Origin: Bryobacterales bacterium | GTDB lineage: Bacteria > Acidobacteriota > Terriglobia > Bryobacterales > UBA6623 | Length of the DNA stretch: 64,000 nt | Direction of reading: 5' to 3' | Assembly (NCBI GenBank): GCA_965213745.1 | Contig: CBDBZZ010000069.1 | Coordinates: 3,053 to 67,052 of the forward strand | In this document: piece after piece, positions 1 through 9,478 of the stretch | Layout of the letters: every line of letters starts with the position of its first letter | How positions within the stretch are numbered: position 1 is the stretch's first letter | Position numbers and translations under genes: made by a program | The notes under the pieces: model-generated | What the model saw: only the letters and a program-made list of their open reading frames with translations | The model's database searches: none | Told to the model about the DNA's origin: nothing

Positions 1-719
1 CCGGCAACCTAGTCGTAGCGGCGGCCGGAAACCTTTCCCACGAGCAGCTGGCGAACGCGGCGGAGCGGCACTTCGGGGCGCTGGCCGGCGCTGCGGAGGC
101 CAGCGAGACCCCGGCGCCGACGGCCAGCCCGGAGATCGTCCTGCACGACAAGCCCGCCCTGGAGCAGGTGCATCTCAGTCTTGGTGTTGAGGCGTTCCCG
201 GTCCGCGACCCGCGCCGCTCCGCGGGTTTCTTGCTCAGCACGCTGCTGGGAGGCGGCTTCAGCTCGCGGCTTTTCCAGAAAGTCCGGGAAGAAGCCGGCC
301 TAGCGTATAGCGTCTACTCCGACCTCAGCCTCTACTCGGACACGGGCTGCCTCCTGATCGGGGCGGGCACAGCTCTCGAGACCCTGCCGGAGGTGCTCGA
401 TCTGACCCTGCGGGAGCTCCGGGACCTCAAGGAGCGGCCCGTGCCGCCAGCCGAGATCCGCCGGGCCAAGGACCACCTCAAGGGCAGCGTCATGCTGAGC
501 CTCGAGTCTCCCGGCAGCCGCATGGCGAACCTCGCCCGCCAGGAGATGTACCACGGTCGCGTCCGGTCCCTCGACGAGCTCAACGAGGAAGTCGAAGCCG
601 TGACCGCGGCGGATGTCCAGCAGCTCGCCGCAGAGTGGTTCCGGCAGCCGCGCATCGCCCTCAGCATCCTCGGCAATCTGCGCGGCCTACGCCTGGGGCG
701 AGAAGAGCTCGCTTGCTGA
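1..719 (+). CDS. M16 (insulinase/pitrilysin) family peptidase, C-terminal part (5' end outside window)
   Basis: Frame 3 is open from nt 3 (GNLVVAAAGNLSHEQLANAAERHFG...) and runs into ORF 168..719. The sequence looks like an M16 C-terminal half (HLSLGVEAF, AYSVYS, RRAKDHLKGSVMLSLESPGSRM). TGA stop at 717-719. Confidence 0.7.
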   Translation, partial: GNLVVAAAGNLSHEQLANAAERHFGALAGAAEASETPAPTASPEIVLHDKPALEQVHLSLGVEAFPVRDPRRSAGFLLSTLLGGGFSSRLFQKVREEAGLAYSVYSDLSLYSDTGCLLIGAGTALETLPEVLDLTLRELRDLKERPVPPAEIRRAKDHLKGSVMLSLESPGSRMANLARQEMYHGRVRSLDELNEEVEAVTAADVQQLAAEWFRQPRIALSILGNLRGLRLGREELAC

Positions 720-787
720 CCAGCCCGCCAAGGCGGGCCTGGCCTACAATCGGGCAGTCCCCCGCCCTGCCCGATCCGGAGGTCGAC

Positions 788-2290
788 ATGAAGGCAGCAT
801 CCCTGCTCCGGCGCTGCGGCACCTTGGCCCTGAGCGCGGCGGCCGCCCTCGCCGCGGCCACGGCCGAACGGCCGAACATCCTGTTCATCTACACCGACGA
901 CCATTCCTACCGCACGGTCGGCGCCTATCCGCAGGCCTACCCCTGGGTCCGCACACCGGAGATGGATCGCCTCGCCTCGCAAGGGGTCCGGTTCGAATAC
1001 GCCTATATCGGCACTTGGTGCATGCCCTCGCGGGCTACGCTGCTCACTGGCCACCATCAGTTCGGCGTCGAGTCCATGCGCATGGAGGGCCCCTACCCGG
1101 GCAGCGTCTACGACCCCGATCAATGCCCGTTCTGGCCGAGGGTCTTCCGCGAGCACGGCTACTTCACCGCGCAGATCGGCAAGTGGCATACAGGAGTGGA
1201 CACCGGCTACGGCCGCGACTGGGACTACCAAATCGTGTGGAACCGGCCGCAGTACACGGAGACGGCGGGAAACTACTACTACAACCAGCCGATCACCTAC
1301 CAAGGCGGCGAGACCCGGACCTTGGAGCGCTACTCCACAGACCAGTACACCGACTGGGCCGTGGATTTGATCCGGGGAGAGGGGCGCGACGCCGACAAGC
1401 CGTGGTATCTCTGGCTCTGCTACGGGGCCGTCCACGGTCCCTTCACGCCCGCCGAGCGCCATCTGGAGGCCTACCCCGGGATCGACTTCGACACGCCCGC
1501 CGACATCTTCCCGCCGCGGCCGGGCAAACCTGCCTGGGCCCAGAGAATCGCCCAGTGGGAACGCGGTCCGGACGGCACCCCGATGCTGCGGGGCCGGTCC
1601 CTGACGTCCTGGACACGCCAGTACCACCAAGGCGTCCTAGCCCTCGACGAAGGCATCGGCCGGGTGCTCCAGGCGCTGGAAGACTCCGGGCAGCGGCAGA
1701 ACACACTGGTCATCTGGACCTCCGACCAAGGCTTCGCCTGGGGCCAGCACGGCTTCCGGGCCAAGCTGGCCGCTTACGACGCCAACATCCGCTCTCCGCT
1801 GGTGCTGTCCATGCCCGGGCGCATCCCGCAAGGCGCCGTCTGCCCTCGCCCGGTGGCTGGAGTGGACCTCGTCCCGACGATCTTCGCGTTCGCCGGCCTC
1901 GACCTCCCGTGGGAGATGCACGGCGAAGACCTCTCCCCCCTGCTCGAGAACCCCCGCCGCGAGTGGCCTCACCCGGTGCTGCTCGCCGCGACCGGGAGGC
2001 AGTACGGCTCCGACACGGACACGATCCCGGAAGGCGCCGGGGCGATGCATGCCGATGTGCCGTGGTACGTGATGCTGGTCGACGGGCGCTACAAATATGT
2101 GCGCCCGCTCATCCCGGACATCGAGGAGCTATACGACCTCCAGCGCGACCCGGACGAACTCGACAACCTGGCCGGGAAGCCCGAATTCCGGGGCACGCTG
2201 GAGCGCCTGAGAGAGCTCGCGGTGGCCGAGCTGCGCGAGGACGGGGCGGGCTTCGTGGACAACATGCCGGCCGTGCGCGAGGCCCGCTGA
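788..2290 (+). CDS. Cys-type sulfatase (arylsulfatase family), secreted
   Basis: ATG 788 is preceded by GGAGG (778-782). Signal peptide MKAASLLRRCGTLALSAAAALAAA. Sulfatase block NILFIYTDDHS and formylglycine motif CMPSRATLLTG. The upstream part of ORF 635.. is treated as GC-shadow. Confidence 0.85.
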   Translation: MKAASLLRRCGTLALSAAAALAAATAERPNILFIYTDDHSYRTVGAYPQAYPWVRTPEMDRLASQGVRFEYAYIGTWCMPSRATLLTGHHQFGVESMRMEGPYPGSVYDPDQCPFWPRVFREHGYFTAQIGKWHTGVDTGYGRDWDYQIVWNRPQYTETAGNYYYNQPITYQGGETRTLERYSTDQYTDWAVDLIRGEGRDADKPWYLWLCYGAVHGPFTPAERHLEAYPGIDFDTPADIFPPRPGKPAWAQRIAQWERGPDGTPMLRGRSLTSWTRQYHQGVLALDEGIGRVLQALEDSGQRQNTLVIWTSDQGFAWGQHGFRAKLAAYDANIRSPLVLSMPGRIPQGAVCPRPVAGVDLVPTIFAFAGLDLPWEMHGEDLSPLLENPRREWPHPVLLAATGRQYGSDTDTIPEGAGAMHADVPWYVMLVDGRYKYVRPLIPDIEELYDLQRDPDELDNLAGKPEFRGTLERLRELAVAELREDGAGFVDNMPAVREAR

Positions 2291-2540
2291 GCGGAGCGCG
2301 CCGCGCTCATTCGCCCGGATCGGCAGTCGCTGCAGCCGTCCGGCTCCCCTCCAAGCCGGCTTGGGCTGGGCTGCGGGGCCCGCGGTGCAGCGACCAGATG
2401 CACACGCGTGCCGCCGGCCTTGCGGGGATTCACGGCGAGCGCCGGCTACCGCCTCCATTCCGCTCCTGTTGCGCATCGGGAGAGCTTCGCCGGGGCCGCC
2501 TGCTGCTAGCCTATTAGCCAGTTCCGAGTCCCTGCGCACG

Positions 2541-3215
2541 ATGTCGGCAGATCCGCTCCTAGATGCCTTTTGGGAGCGCGGCTTGATCCTTCTCGGCAGC
2601 CGCGTGCGCGAGGAGTACGCGCTCAACACGCCGATATTCATCGACCTGCGCCACGCGCTCTACGACGATCTCGACCTGCTCCACGCTTTGGGCCGGGCCC
2701 TCCACCGCAAGATCGTTGAGCTCGCGTCCGGCTCGGCCCGCCCCCAGCAGGTCGTCGGCATCCCCGACACCGCCACGCCTCTGGCCCTGGCCGCGGCGCT
2801 CGCCTCCCGGGGCACGCCCCGGCCGCTGGCCTACGGCCAACTCCGCAAGCGCCCCGCCAACTATCCCGGCGGGCACTCCGGCACCAGCCACTATATGGGG
2901 AACTGCGATCCGAGGCGCGAGATCACCCTGGTCGACGACGTGCTGGCCTCGGGGGGCACGAAGATCTGGGCGACCAAGTACTTGCGCAACGCCGGCCTGG
3001 AGGTCGCTCGGATCCTCGTGGTCGTCGACCGGGAGCAAGGCGGCGAGCGCACGCTGCAGGAACGCGGCTGCGCCGCCGCCCACAGCCTGTACCGCATCGG
3101 AGAGGTCGTGCATTACTACCGCGAGCGGGGCGCGGTCGACGCCGCGACAGCGCAGGCCGCACTCGCCCACCTCGATCGCAAGCGTCCGCCCGGAGCCCCC
3201 CAAGGGGCGGGCTAG
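2541..3215 (+). CDS. Type I phosphoribosyltransferase, orotate-PRTase-like
   Basis: ATG 2541. PRPP-binding loop ITLVDDVLASGGTK. N-terminal LLGSRVREEYALNTPIFIDLR resembles the PyrE-type fold. The TAG stop overlaps the convergent neighbour by 4 nt. Confidence 0.65.
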   Translation: MSADPLLDAFWERGLILLGSRVREEYALNTPIFIDLRHALYDDLDLLHALGRALHRKIVELASGSARPQQVVGIPDTATPLALAAALASRGTPRPLAYGQLRKRPANYPGGHSGTSHYMGNCDPRREITLVDDVLASGGTKIWATKYLRNAGLEVARILVVVDREQGGERTLQERGCAAAHSLYRIGEVVHYYRERGAVDAATAQAALAHLDRKRPPGAPQGAG

Positions 3216-4444
3216 CCTGCGGCCCCCAGGAAACCGGCTAGCGCGATGTAGCACATCAAGAAGCTGAACGCCACGGTCACCACCAGCCCGATGTTCAGCG
3301 CGGGAGGAGTCCGATGCTCGCCCACCACGCCGGACTTGTTCAACAAAACGAGCACGAACAGCGCCAGCAACGGCATCGCCACCGGGCTGAGGGCCTGCGA
3401 GGCGATCATGATCTGGACCGGCCGCCCGCCGAACAACGGCACGGTCAGGCCGAACAAAGCGGCCGCCACAACCATTAGGCGGAAAGCAGCCCGGCCCATG
3501 TCCCGGGGCAAACCGAGGTAATCGGCCGCCATCCACGGGCCGAGCAGGTAGTTCGGGAACAGCGACGAGAGCCCCGCCGCCAAGATGCCCACCACGAAGC
3601 CTGCGGTCGCCAGACCGCCGGCCAGCGGCTCCAGGCTCCGCACCATGTCGATGGCCGCCTCGATCTCCAGGCCCGCCCGATGGAGGGTGCCGGCGGCGCA
3701 GGCCATGATCGCAGCGTTGATGAAGAAGAGCACCGTCATCGAGAAGGCCGAGTCGCGCCGGACCAACGGCAGGTCCCGCACCCTCCAGCCCTCCTCCTGC
3801 ACGAGCACGCTGCGGCTGAACAGCACAACCGACGCCATCGTTGTCCCCACCATGCCGGCGATGAGCAGCTGCGGGTTGCCGCTCTCGGGGATGCTCGGCA
3901 GCAGCCCCGCGGCCAGCTCCCGCAGGTCCGGAAGCACCAAGCCGGCGGTCACGAAGAACGCCGCGCCCATCGCGCCGACCAGCGCGGCCAGCACCCTGAG
4001 GAAGAAAGCGTGCCGACCGACCCAATACAGGCCCAGCAGCAGGAGCGTCAGGGCCACCGCCGCGCCAAGCGGGTCGACCGCCACCCCCGCGGCAGAGCCG
4101 GCCCACTCGCGCAGCACATCCACCACGATCGCCATCACCCCGACAATCGAGGCGAGCTGGGTCGCGGTCAGCGAAGCGGCGATCAGCAGCGTCACCGGGG
4201 CTCCGAAGTGCTGCCGGAACAGGCGCAGCAGCGTCTGCCCCGAAACGACCGTGAGCCGGCTGATCCCCACGATCATCACGTGGGTGAACAGGGACGCCAA
4301 AGCCAGCGTCCAGGTCAGGGTCATGCCGTAGCCGGCGCCTGCCGCGCTCATGGTCGTGACGCTGCCCGTCCCGACCACATAGCCGATGATGAATACGCCG
4401 GGGGCCAGAGCGGAGGCGGCGCGCCAGAGCGGCTTCCAGTTCAC
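3212..4444 (-). CDS. NRAMP/MntH-superfamily-like polytopic membrane transporter (divergent)
   Basis: 410-aa hydrophobic ORF with a GTG start at 4444. The N-terminal APGVFIIGYVVGTGSVTTMSAAGAGYG resembles the Nramp GPG..IDPGN..AG..G block, but has VGTGS where DPGN is expected. The family call is tentative. Confidence 0.5.
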   Translation of the reverse strand: MNWKPLWRAASALAPGVFIIGYVVGTGSVTTMSAAGAGYGMTLTWTLALASLFTHVMIVGISRLTVVSGQTLLRLFRQHFGAPVTLLIAASLTATQLASIVGVMAIVVDVLREWAGSAAGVAVDPLGAAVALTLLLLGLYWVGRHAFFLRVLAALVGAMGAAFFVTAGLVLPDLRELAAGLLPSIPESGNPQLLIAGMVGTTMASVVLFSRSVLVQEEGWRVRDLPLVRRDSAFSMTVLFFINAAIMACAAGTLHRAGLEIEAAIDMVRSLEPLAGGLATAGFVVGILAAGLSSLFPNYLLGPWMAADYLGLPRDMGRAAFRLMVVAAALFGLTVPLFGGRPVQIMIASQALSPVAMPLLALFVLVLLNKSGVVGEHRTPPALNIGLVVTVAFSFLMCYIALAGFLGAAG

Positions 4445-4537
4445 GGTGGCGCAAGGATATCACCCTTGCCGAGCGTATCCCGGGCCCCTGGATTAACCCC
4501 GCTCCGCGCCCGTGCGCCATACTCAAAGGGAGAGCCT

Positions 4538-6092
4538 ATGCCGCGCCGCATCGCCCGTTCCCTGCTGGCCGCCCTGCTGCTGGCCTGCCTAGCCGCAGCC
4601 CAGCGGGTCGAGGTCGAGGAGTTCGCCCTTGCCAACGGCATGCGGTTCCTGCTGCTGCCGCGCTCCGGGGACCCCAATGTCGCCGCGGGCTGGATCTCGA
4701 AGTTCGGCTCCGTCAACGAGCGCCCCGGCGTCACCGGCGTCGCGCACCTCTTCGAGCACATGATGTTCAAGGGCACCCAGACCATCGGGACCAAGGACCT
4801 TGGCCGCGACCTCCAGATCATCGCCGAGCTCGACTCGTTTGCGGGCCAAGATCCAGGCCGCGCAGGCCGAGCTGGTCGAGCGGCACCGCCGAGGCCAGAT
4901 CGAGGACCCGGACGACCCAGCCAGCCGCAGCCCCGAGCACACCGCCCTGCTCGCACGCTTCGAGGAGCTGCTCGAGGAACAGCGCCAGCTGATCGTGAAG
5001 GACGAGTTCAGCCAGATCTACCAATCCAACGGCGCCTCGGGCATGAACGCCGGCACGACCAACGACTTCACGATCTACTTCATCAACGTGCCGGCCAACA
5101 AGCTGGAACTGTGGTTCTGGATGGAGTCCGACCGGCTGGCCAACCCTGTTTTCCGGGAGTTCTACAGCGAGCGCGACGTCGTCCACGAGGAGCGCCGCCT
5201 GCGCGTGGATTCGACGCCAACCGGCAAGCTGGACGAGCAGTTCGACGCAATGTTCTGGCAGTCCTCGCCCTACAGCTGGCCGGTGATCGGCTGGCCTAGC
5301 GACCTCAACGCCATCACGCGGGCCGAGGCCCTGGAGTATTTCTCGCTGTACTACGCCCCCAACAACCTCGTCGCCGCCCTGGTCGGAGACTTCGACCTGG
5401 ACCGCGTCAAGGCCTTGGCCGAAACGTACTTCGGCCGCCTGCCGCGCGGCCCCCGGCAGCCCGCGGCCGTCCGGACCCGGGAAGTTGCCCAGCAAGCCGA
5501 AAAGCGCATGACCGGCCGCGCCGAGACCCGCCCGCAGGCCGCGATCCGGTTCCACACGGTCGCTGACGCGCATGTGGACGAAGCCCCGCTGCTGGTCCTC
5601 TCGGCCTTGCTGAACGGGCGGACCGGACGCCTGTACAAATCCCTGGTCCTGGAGCAGCAGGTCGCGGTGCAGGCCGGGGCAGGCGTCAACGGCCTCAAAT
5701 ACGACGGCTACTTCCAGGTCGGCGGCGTCGCCGCCCCGAACTCCACTCCGGAAGATGTTGAGCGCGCCCTGCTCGCCGAACTCGAGCTGCTCGCCCGCGA
5801 GCCGGTGGGCGAGCGCGAGCTGCAGAAGGTGAAGAACCAGCAGCTGGCCGGCGACTTCCGCAAGCTGGAATCCAAGTTCGGCCTGATGATGCAGCTGCTC
5901 AGCTACGAGGCTCTGGGGGAGTGGCGCAACATCAATACGTTCTCCGAGCGCATCCAGGCGGTCACGCTGGAGGACATCCAGCGTGTCGCGCAGCGCTACT
6001 TCACCGAGACCAACCGGACCGTCGCGCTCTACTACACCCAGGAGGGGGCTGGCTCTCCCGGGAGTGGCCGCCCCCGGGGAGGTGCGCAATGA
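4538..6092 (+). pseudogene. M16 zinc peptidase (active subunit, HxxEH) interrupted by one +1 frameshift (possibly a sequencing artefact)
   Basis: ATG 4538 after AAAGGGAGAG. Signal peptide MPRRIARSLLAALLLACLAAA. Inverted zincin motif HLFEHMMF. The frame changes at T-run 4838-4840: deleting one T joins ...IIAELDS to LRAKIQAAQAELV..., which continues as ORF 4800..6092. Confidence 0.8.
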
Positions 6093-7584
6093 ATCGCCGC
6101 GATTGGTTGAAGGCGGCGGGAGGCGCGTTCGCCGCCGCCGCCGCCGCCCAGGACTCTATTCCCGAGCATCCCCGGCAGCTGCGCTTCCCGCCGCTCGCGT
6201 TCGATCCGCCGGACCCCGCCGAGTACCGCCGGGAGCTCGACTCCGGAGCCGTCGCCTACCTCGTCGAGGACCATCAGCTCCCGCTGGTCAGCGTCTCCCT
6301 CACGCTGCGAGCCGGAAGCTACCTGCTCCCTGCGGAGAGCGCTGGGCTGGCCTCCTTCGCGGGCAGCCAGATGCGAGCGGGAGGCACCGTCTCGCGCAGC
6401 GCCCGCGACTTCGACGAGGAGGCCGCCTTCCTGGCGACCAGCATCGGGTCCAGCGTCGGGGACACCTCCGCCAGCGCATCCGTCAACTGCCTCACGCAGA
6501 ACCTGGACGCCTCCCTGGAGCTGTTCTTCGACATGCTGAAGAACCCCGGCTTCGACTCCGAGCGCCTGGAAGTGGCGCGGGCGCGCACCCTGCAAGGCCT
6601 CGCCCGCCGCAACGACCGCCTCCAAGGCATCCTCTCCCGCGAGTTCCGCCGCTTGGTGCGCGGCAGCCACTTCACAACGCGGCACGCCACCGAGAGACTC
6701 CGTCCAGGCCATCACGCGCGAGGCCCTGCAGCAGTTCCACCAGGACTACTACGACCCGGCGCGCTTCGTCGTCGCAGCGTCCGGCGACTTCGACACGGAC
6801 GACCTGGTGCGCCGGCTGAACGAGGCGCTCGCAGCCGGCTGGCCCGCCAAGCCTCAGGAGGCAGGCGAGATCCCGGCCCCCTCCCACGAGCCCGCGCCGG
6901 GCGTCTACATGGTCGACAAGGCCAGCCGGGACGTCAACCAGTCCCATGTGACTCTGGGGCACCTCGGCATCCAGCGCGACCATCCGGACGCCATCCGCGT
7001 GCGGGTGATGAACTCGATCCTAGGCGGGGGAGGCTTCACGTCCCGCATCATGCTCCGCGTCCGGTCGGACGAAGGCTTGGCCTACAGCGCGTACTCGCGC
7101 TTCCAGCCCGGAACCTACTACCCCGGGCGTGTTCCAGGCGGGATTCCAATCGCGCAACGCCACCTGCGCTCAGGCCGCAGCCATCGTCGTGGAGGAGATC
7201 GAGCGCATCCGCAGCGATAGGGTCACCGCCCAGGAGCTCGACACCGCCAAGACCTACATGATCGAAGTCTTCCCGCGCTTTTTCGCCACTGCGGGGCAAG
7301 TCGCAGGCACCTTCGCCAGCGACGAATTCACGGGCCGGGAGCGGGACTACTGGCAGACCTTCCGCCAGCGCGTGGCGGACGTGAGCGCCGAAGACGTGCT
7401 CGAGGCAGCGCAGCGGCATCTCGCCCCCGGCAAACTGGTGGTGCTCGGGGTGGGCGCCCGAGACGCCATGCTGCAGGGCAACCCCGACCGCCCCGAATTC
7501 AGCTTCGAGGCCCTCGCCGGGGAGGCCGGGATCCGCACGATCCCGCTGCCAGACCCGCTCACGATGGAGTATCCCGACGCCTAG
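6089..7584 (+). pseudogene. M16 family peptidase (second, non-HxxEH subunit) with two frameshifts
   Basis: ATG 6089 overlaps the upstream TGA (ATGA). Tat-like N-terminus MNRRDWLKAAGGAFAAAAAA. The protein continues across three frames: ...RGSHFTTRHATE / SVQAITREALQQFHQDYY... (shift near 6693-6698) and ...TYYPG / VFQAGFQSRNAT... (GGG 7125-7127). Confidence 0.75.
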
Positions 7585-7596
7585 GGCGGACCCGGC

Positions 7597-8478
7597 TCAG
7601 TCGCCGAGCTGACCGCGGATGGCGCTCCAAATCGCCCGCGTGGCGGTCGAATGGTTGAGCGTGTAGAAGTGCAGCCCCGCGGCTTGCTGCTCCAGAAGCT
7701 CCCTGCACTGCAGCGTGGCGTGCTCGATGCCGACCTTGCGGACGGCCGCCGGATCGTCCTGGACTGCCTCGAGCCGGCGCAGTAAGCCCGGCGGGGAGCC
7801 CCGCACCGCACATCCCGGCAAAGCGCCGGTGTCTGCGCGAGGGCTGCGCACGGGCATGATCCCCGCCACGATCGGCACTCGGACCCCCGGCGGCCAAGGC
7901 TTTCTCACGGAAGCCCAGGAAGTCCCGGTTGTCGAAGAACAGCTGCGTGACCAGGAACTCCGCCCCAGCGTCGACCTTGCGCTTGAGGTTGCGCAGGTCG
8001 GCCTCGGGACTGAGCGCTTCGGGATGGGTCTCGGGATAGCAAGCGCCGCCCAGACAGAAGGCGTAGTTCTCCCGGATGAAGGCCGTCAGCTCGCTGGCAT
8101 ACCGGGAATCCGCCCGGCACCGGGGCGAACCGGTCCTGGCCTCGGGGCGGGTCGCCGCGCAACGCCAAGACGTTCTCCACGGCCCCCGCCGCCAGCTCGT
8201 CCAAGACTCCAGCGATCTCCGCACGATCGGCCCCGACGCAAGTCAGGTGCGCCATCGCCTCGATGCCGGCGGTGCGCTTGATGCGCTGGACCAGATCGAC
8301 CGTTTTCCGGCGCGTGCTGCCTCCCGCGCCGTAGGTGACCGAAACGAAGCTGGGGCGCAACGGCTCGAGCGCCCAGGACGGTGTCGTAGAGGCGGGCGAA
8401 GCCCGCGTCGTCCTTCGGTGGAAAGAACTCGAAAGAGACCGTCGGCGCGCCAGCCGCGAGCATTGCGCTGATCTTCAT
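7597..8478 (-). pseudogene. metF: 5,10-methylenetetrahydrofolate reductase, about five frame changes
   Basis: The MetF sequence is recoverable only by hopping frames. The pieces are MKISAMLAAGAPTVSFEFFPPK.., LEPLRPSFVSVTYGAGGSTRRKT.., DSRYASELTAFIRENY..CYPETHPEA..KVDAGAEFLVTQLFFD, VRVPIVAGIMPV, RRFAGMCGAGLPAGL and LRRLEAVQDD..LHFYTLN. The total span of 882 nt equals a normal metF. Confidence 0.8.
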
Positions 8479-8564
8479 CGCGCCGCGCCCCCCAGCGTAT
8501 CACGGCGCCTGCGGCCACCCGCACGGCCACCGGAGGCACGGCCCACTGCTGGTACGCTGAAGCG

Positions 8565-9475
8565 ATGCAGGCTCCGGCGGAGCTGCTAGATCGGGACACG
8601 CTCCAGCGGCTCGAGCGGCTGACCATCCGCTGGAGCCAGTCCTTCCAGGGACGCCATCGGGGGCGACATCGTCTCGCGCTACGCGGGCGTGGGGCACGAG
8701 TTCCAGGACCACCGCCACTTCCAGCGCGGGGACGACTTCCGCGCCCGTGAACTGGCGGGCGTACATGCGGCTCGAGCGCTTGTTCCTCAAGCTCTTTCAT
8801 TCCGAACCGCGGATCCCGGTGCGCATCCTGCTCGACACGAGCGAATCGATGGCTTGCGGCAGCGCGGAGCCAGGACGCTCGAAGTTCGCCTACGCTTGCC
8901 GCCTCGCCGCCGCGCTCTGCTTCGTCGGCTTGGTGCGCCTGGAGACGATTGTCCTGCAGCCGTTCTCAGACACCCTCGCCGACGCCTTCCGGGCACAGGG
9001 AGGCCGGCTGCGCTACGCCCAGGCCGCCCGCTACATCTCCGGCCTCAGGACCGGCGGCGCGACCAGCTTCGGCCGGCCGGTGCGGGACTACCTAGCCCGC
9101 TACCGGCTGCCCGGCCTGACCTTCGTGCTCAGCGACTTCCTGGACCCGCAGCGGGGCGAGCTGCCCCTGGAGCACCTCGCCGACGAGGGGCACGAAGTCC
9201 ACCTGCTGCACCTCGCAGGGCCAGCCGACCGCGATCCTCCGTGGCGCGGCGAGCTCGAGCTGCACGACGCCGAGACAGCCGAGGTGCTGCGGGTGAGCCT
9301 CGACGATCGGTCGGCCCGGGAATACCGAGAGGCCTACGATGCCTTCCGCAGGTCGCTGGAGGAGCACGCCAAGCGCTCCCGGGCCCGGTATCTGCACCTC
9401 ACGACAGTCGAGCCGCTGGAGCAGGTGCTGTTCGGTTCGTTGCCAGCGACGCGCATGGAGGCCGGTCGAGCCTAG
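8565..9475 (+). pseudogene. DUF58 family protein (MoxR-associated), two frameshifts
   Basis: ATG 8565. DUF58 core G..IVSRYAGVGHEFQDHRHFQRGDDFR(A)VNWRAYMRLERLFLKLF, then VRILLDTSESM. The frame changes at G-run 8648-8650 (or 8659-8663) and at C-run 8744-8746. Confidence 0.75.
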
Positions 9476-9478
9476 CGT

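Noticed and set aside
332-4526. Very long ORFs overlapping or antisense to recognised genes. Examples are 332..1630 (-), 613..2517 (+) and 2559..4526 (-). Elsewhere: 35117..36412 (-), 52970..54448 (-), 59987..61285 (+) and 16594..17985 (-).
   Set aside because: Their translations are Arg/Pro/Gly/Ala-rich low-complexity strings. They lie out of frame or antisense to genes with clear family motifs, which is the typical stop-codon-poor shadow frame of high-GC DNA.
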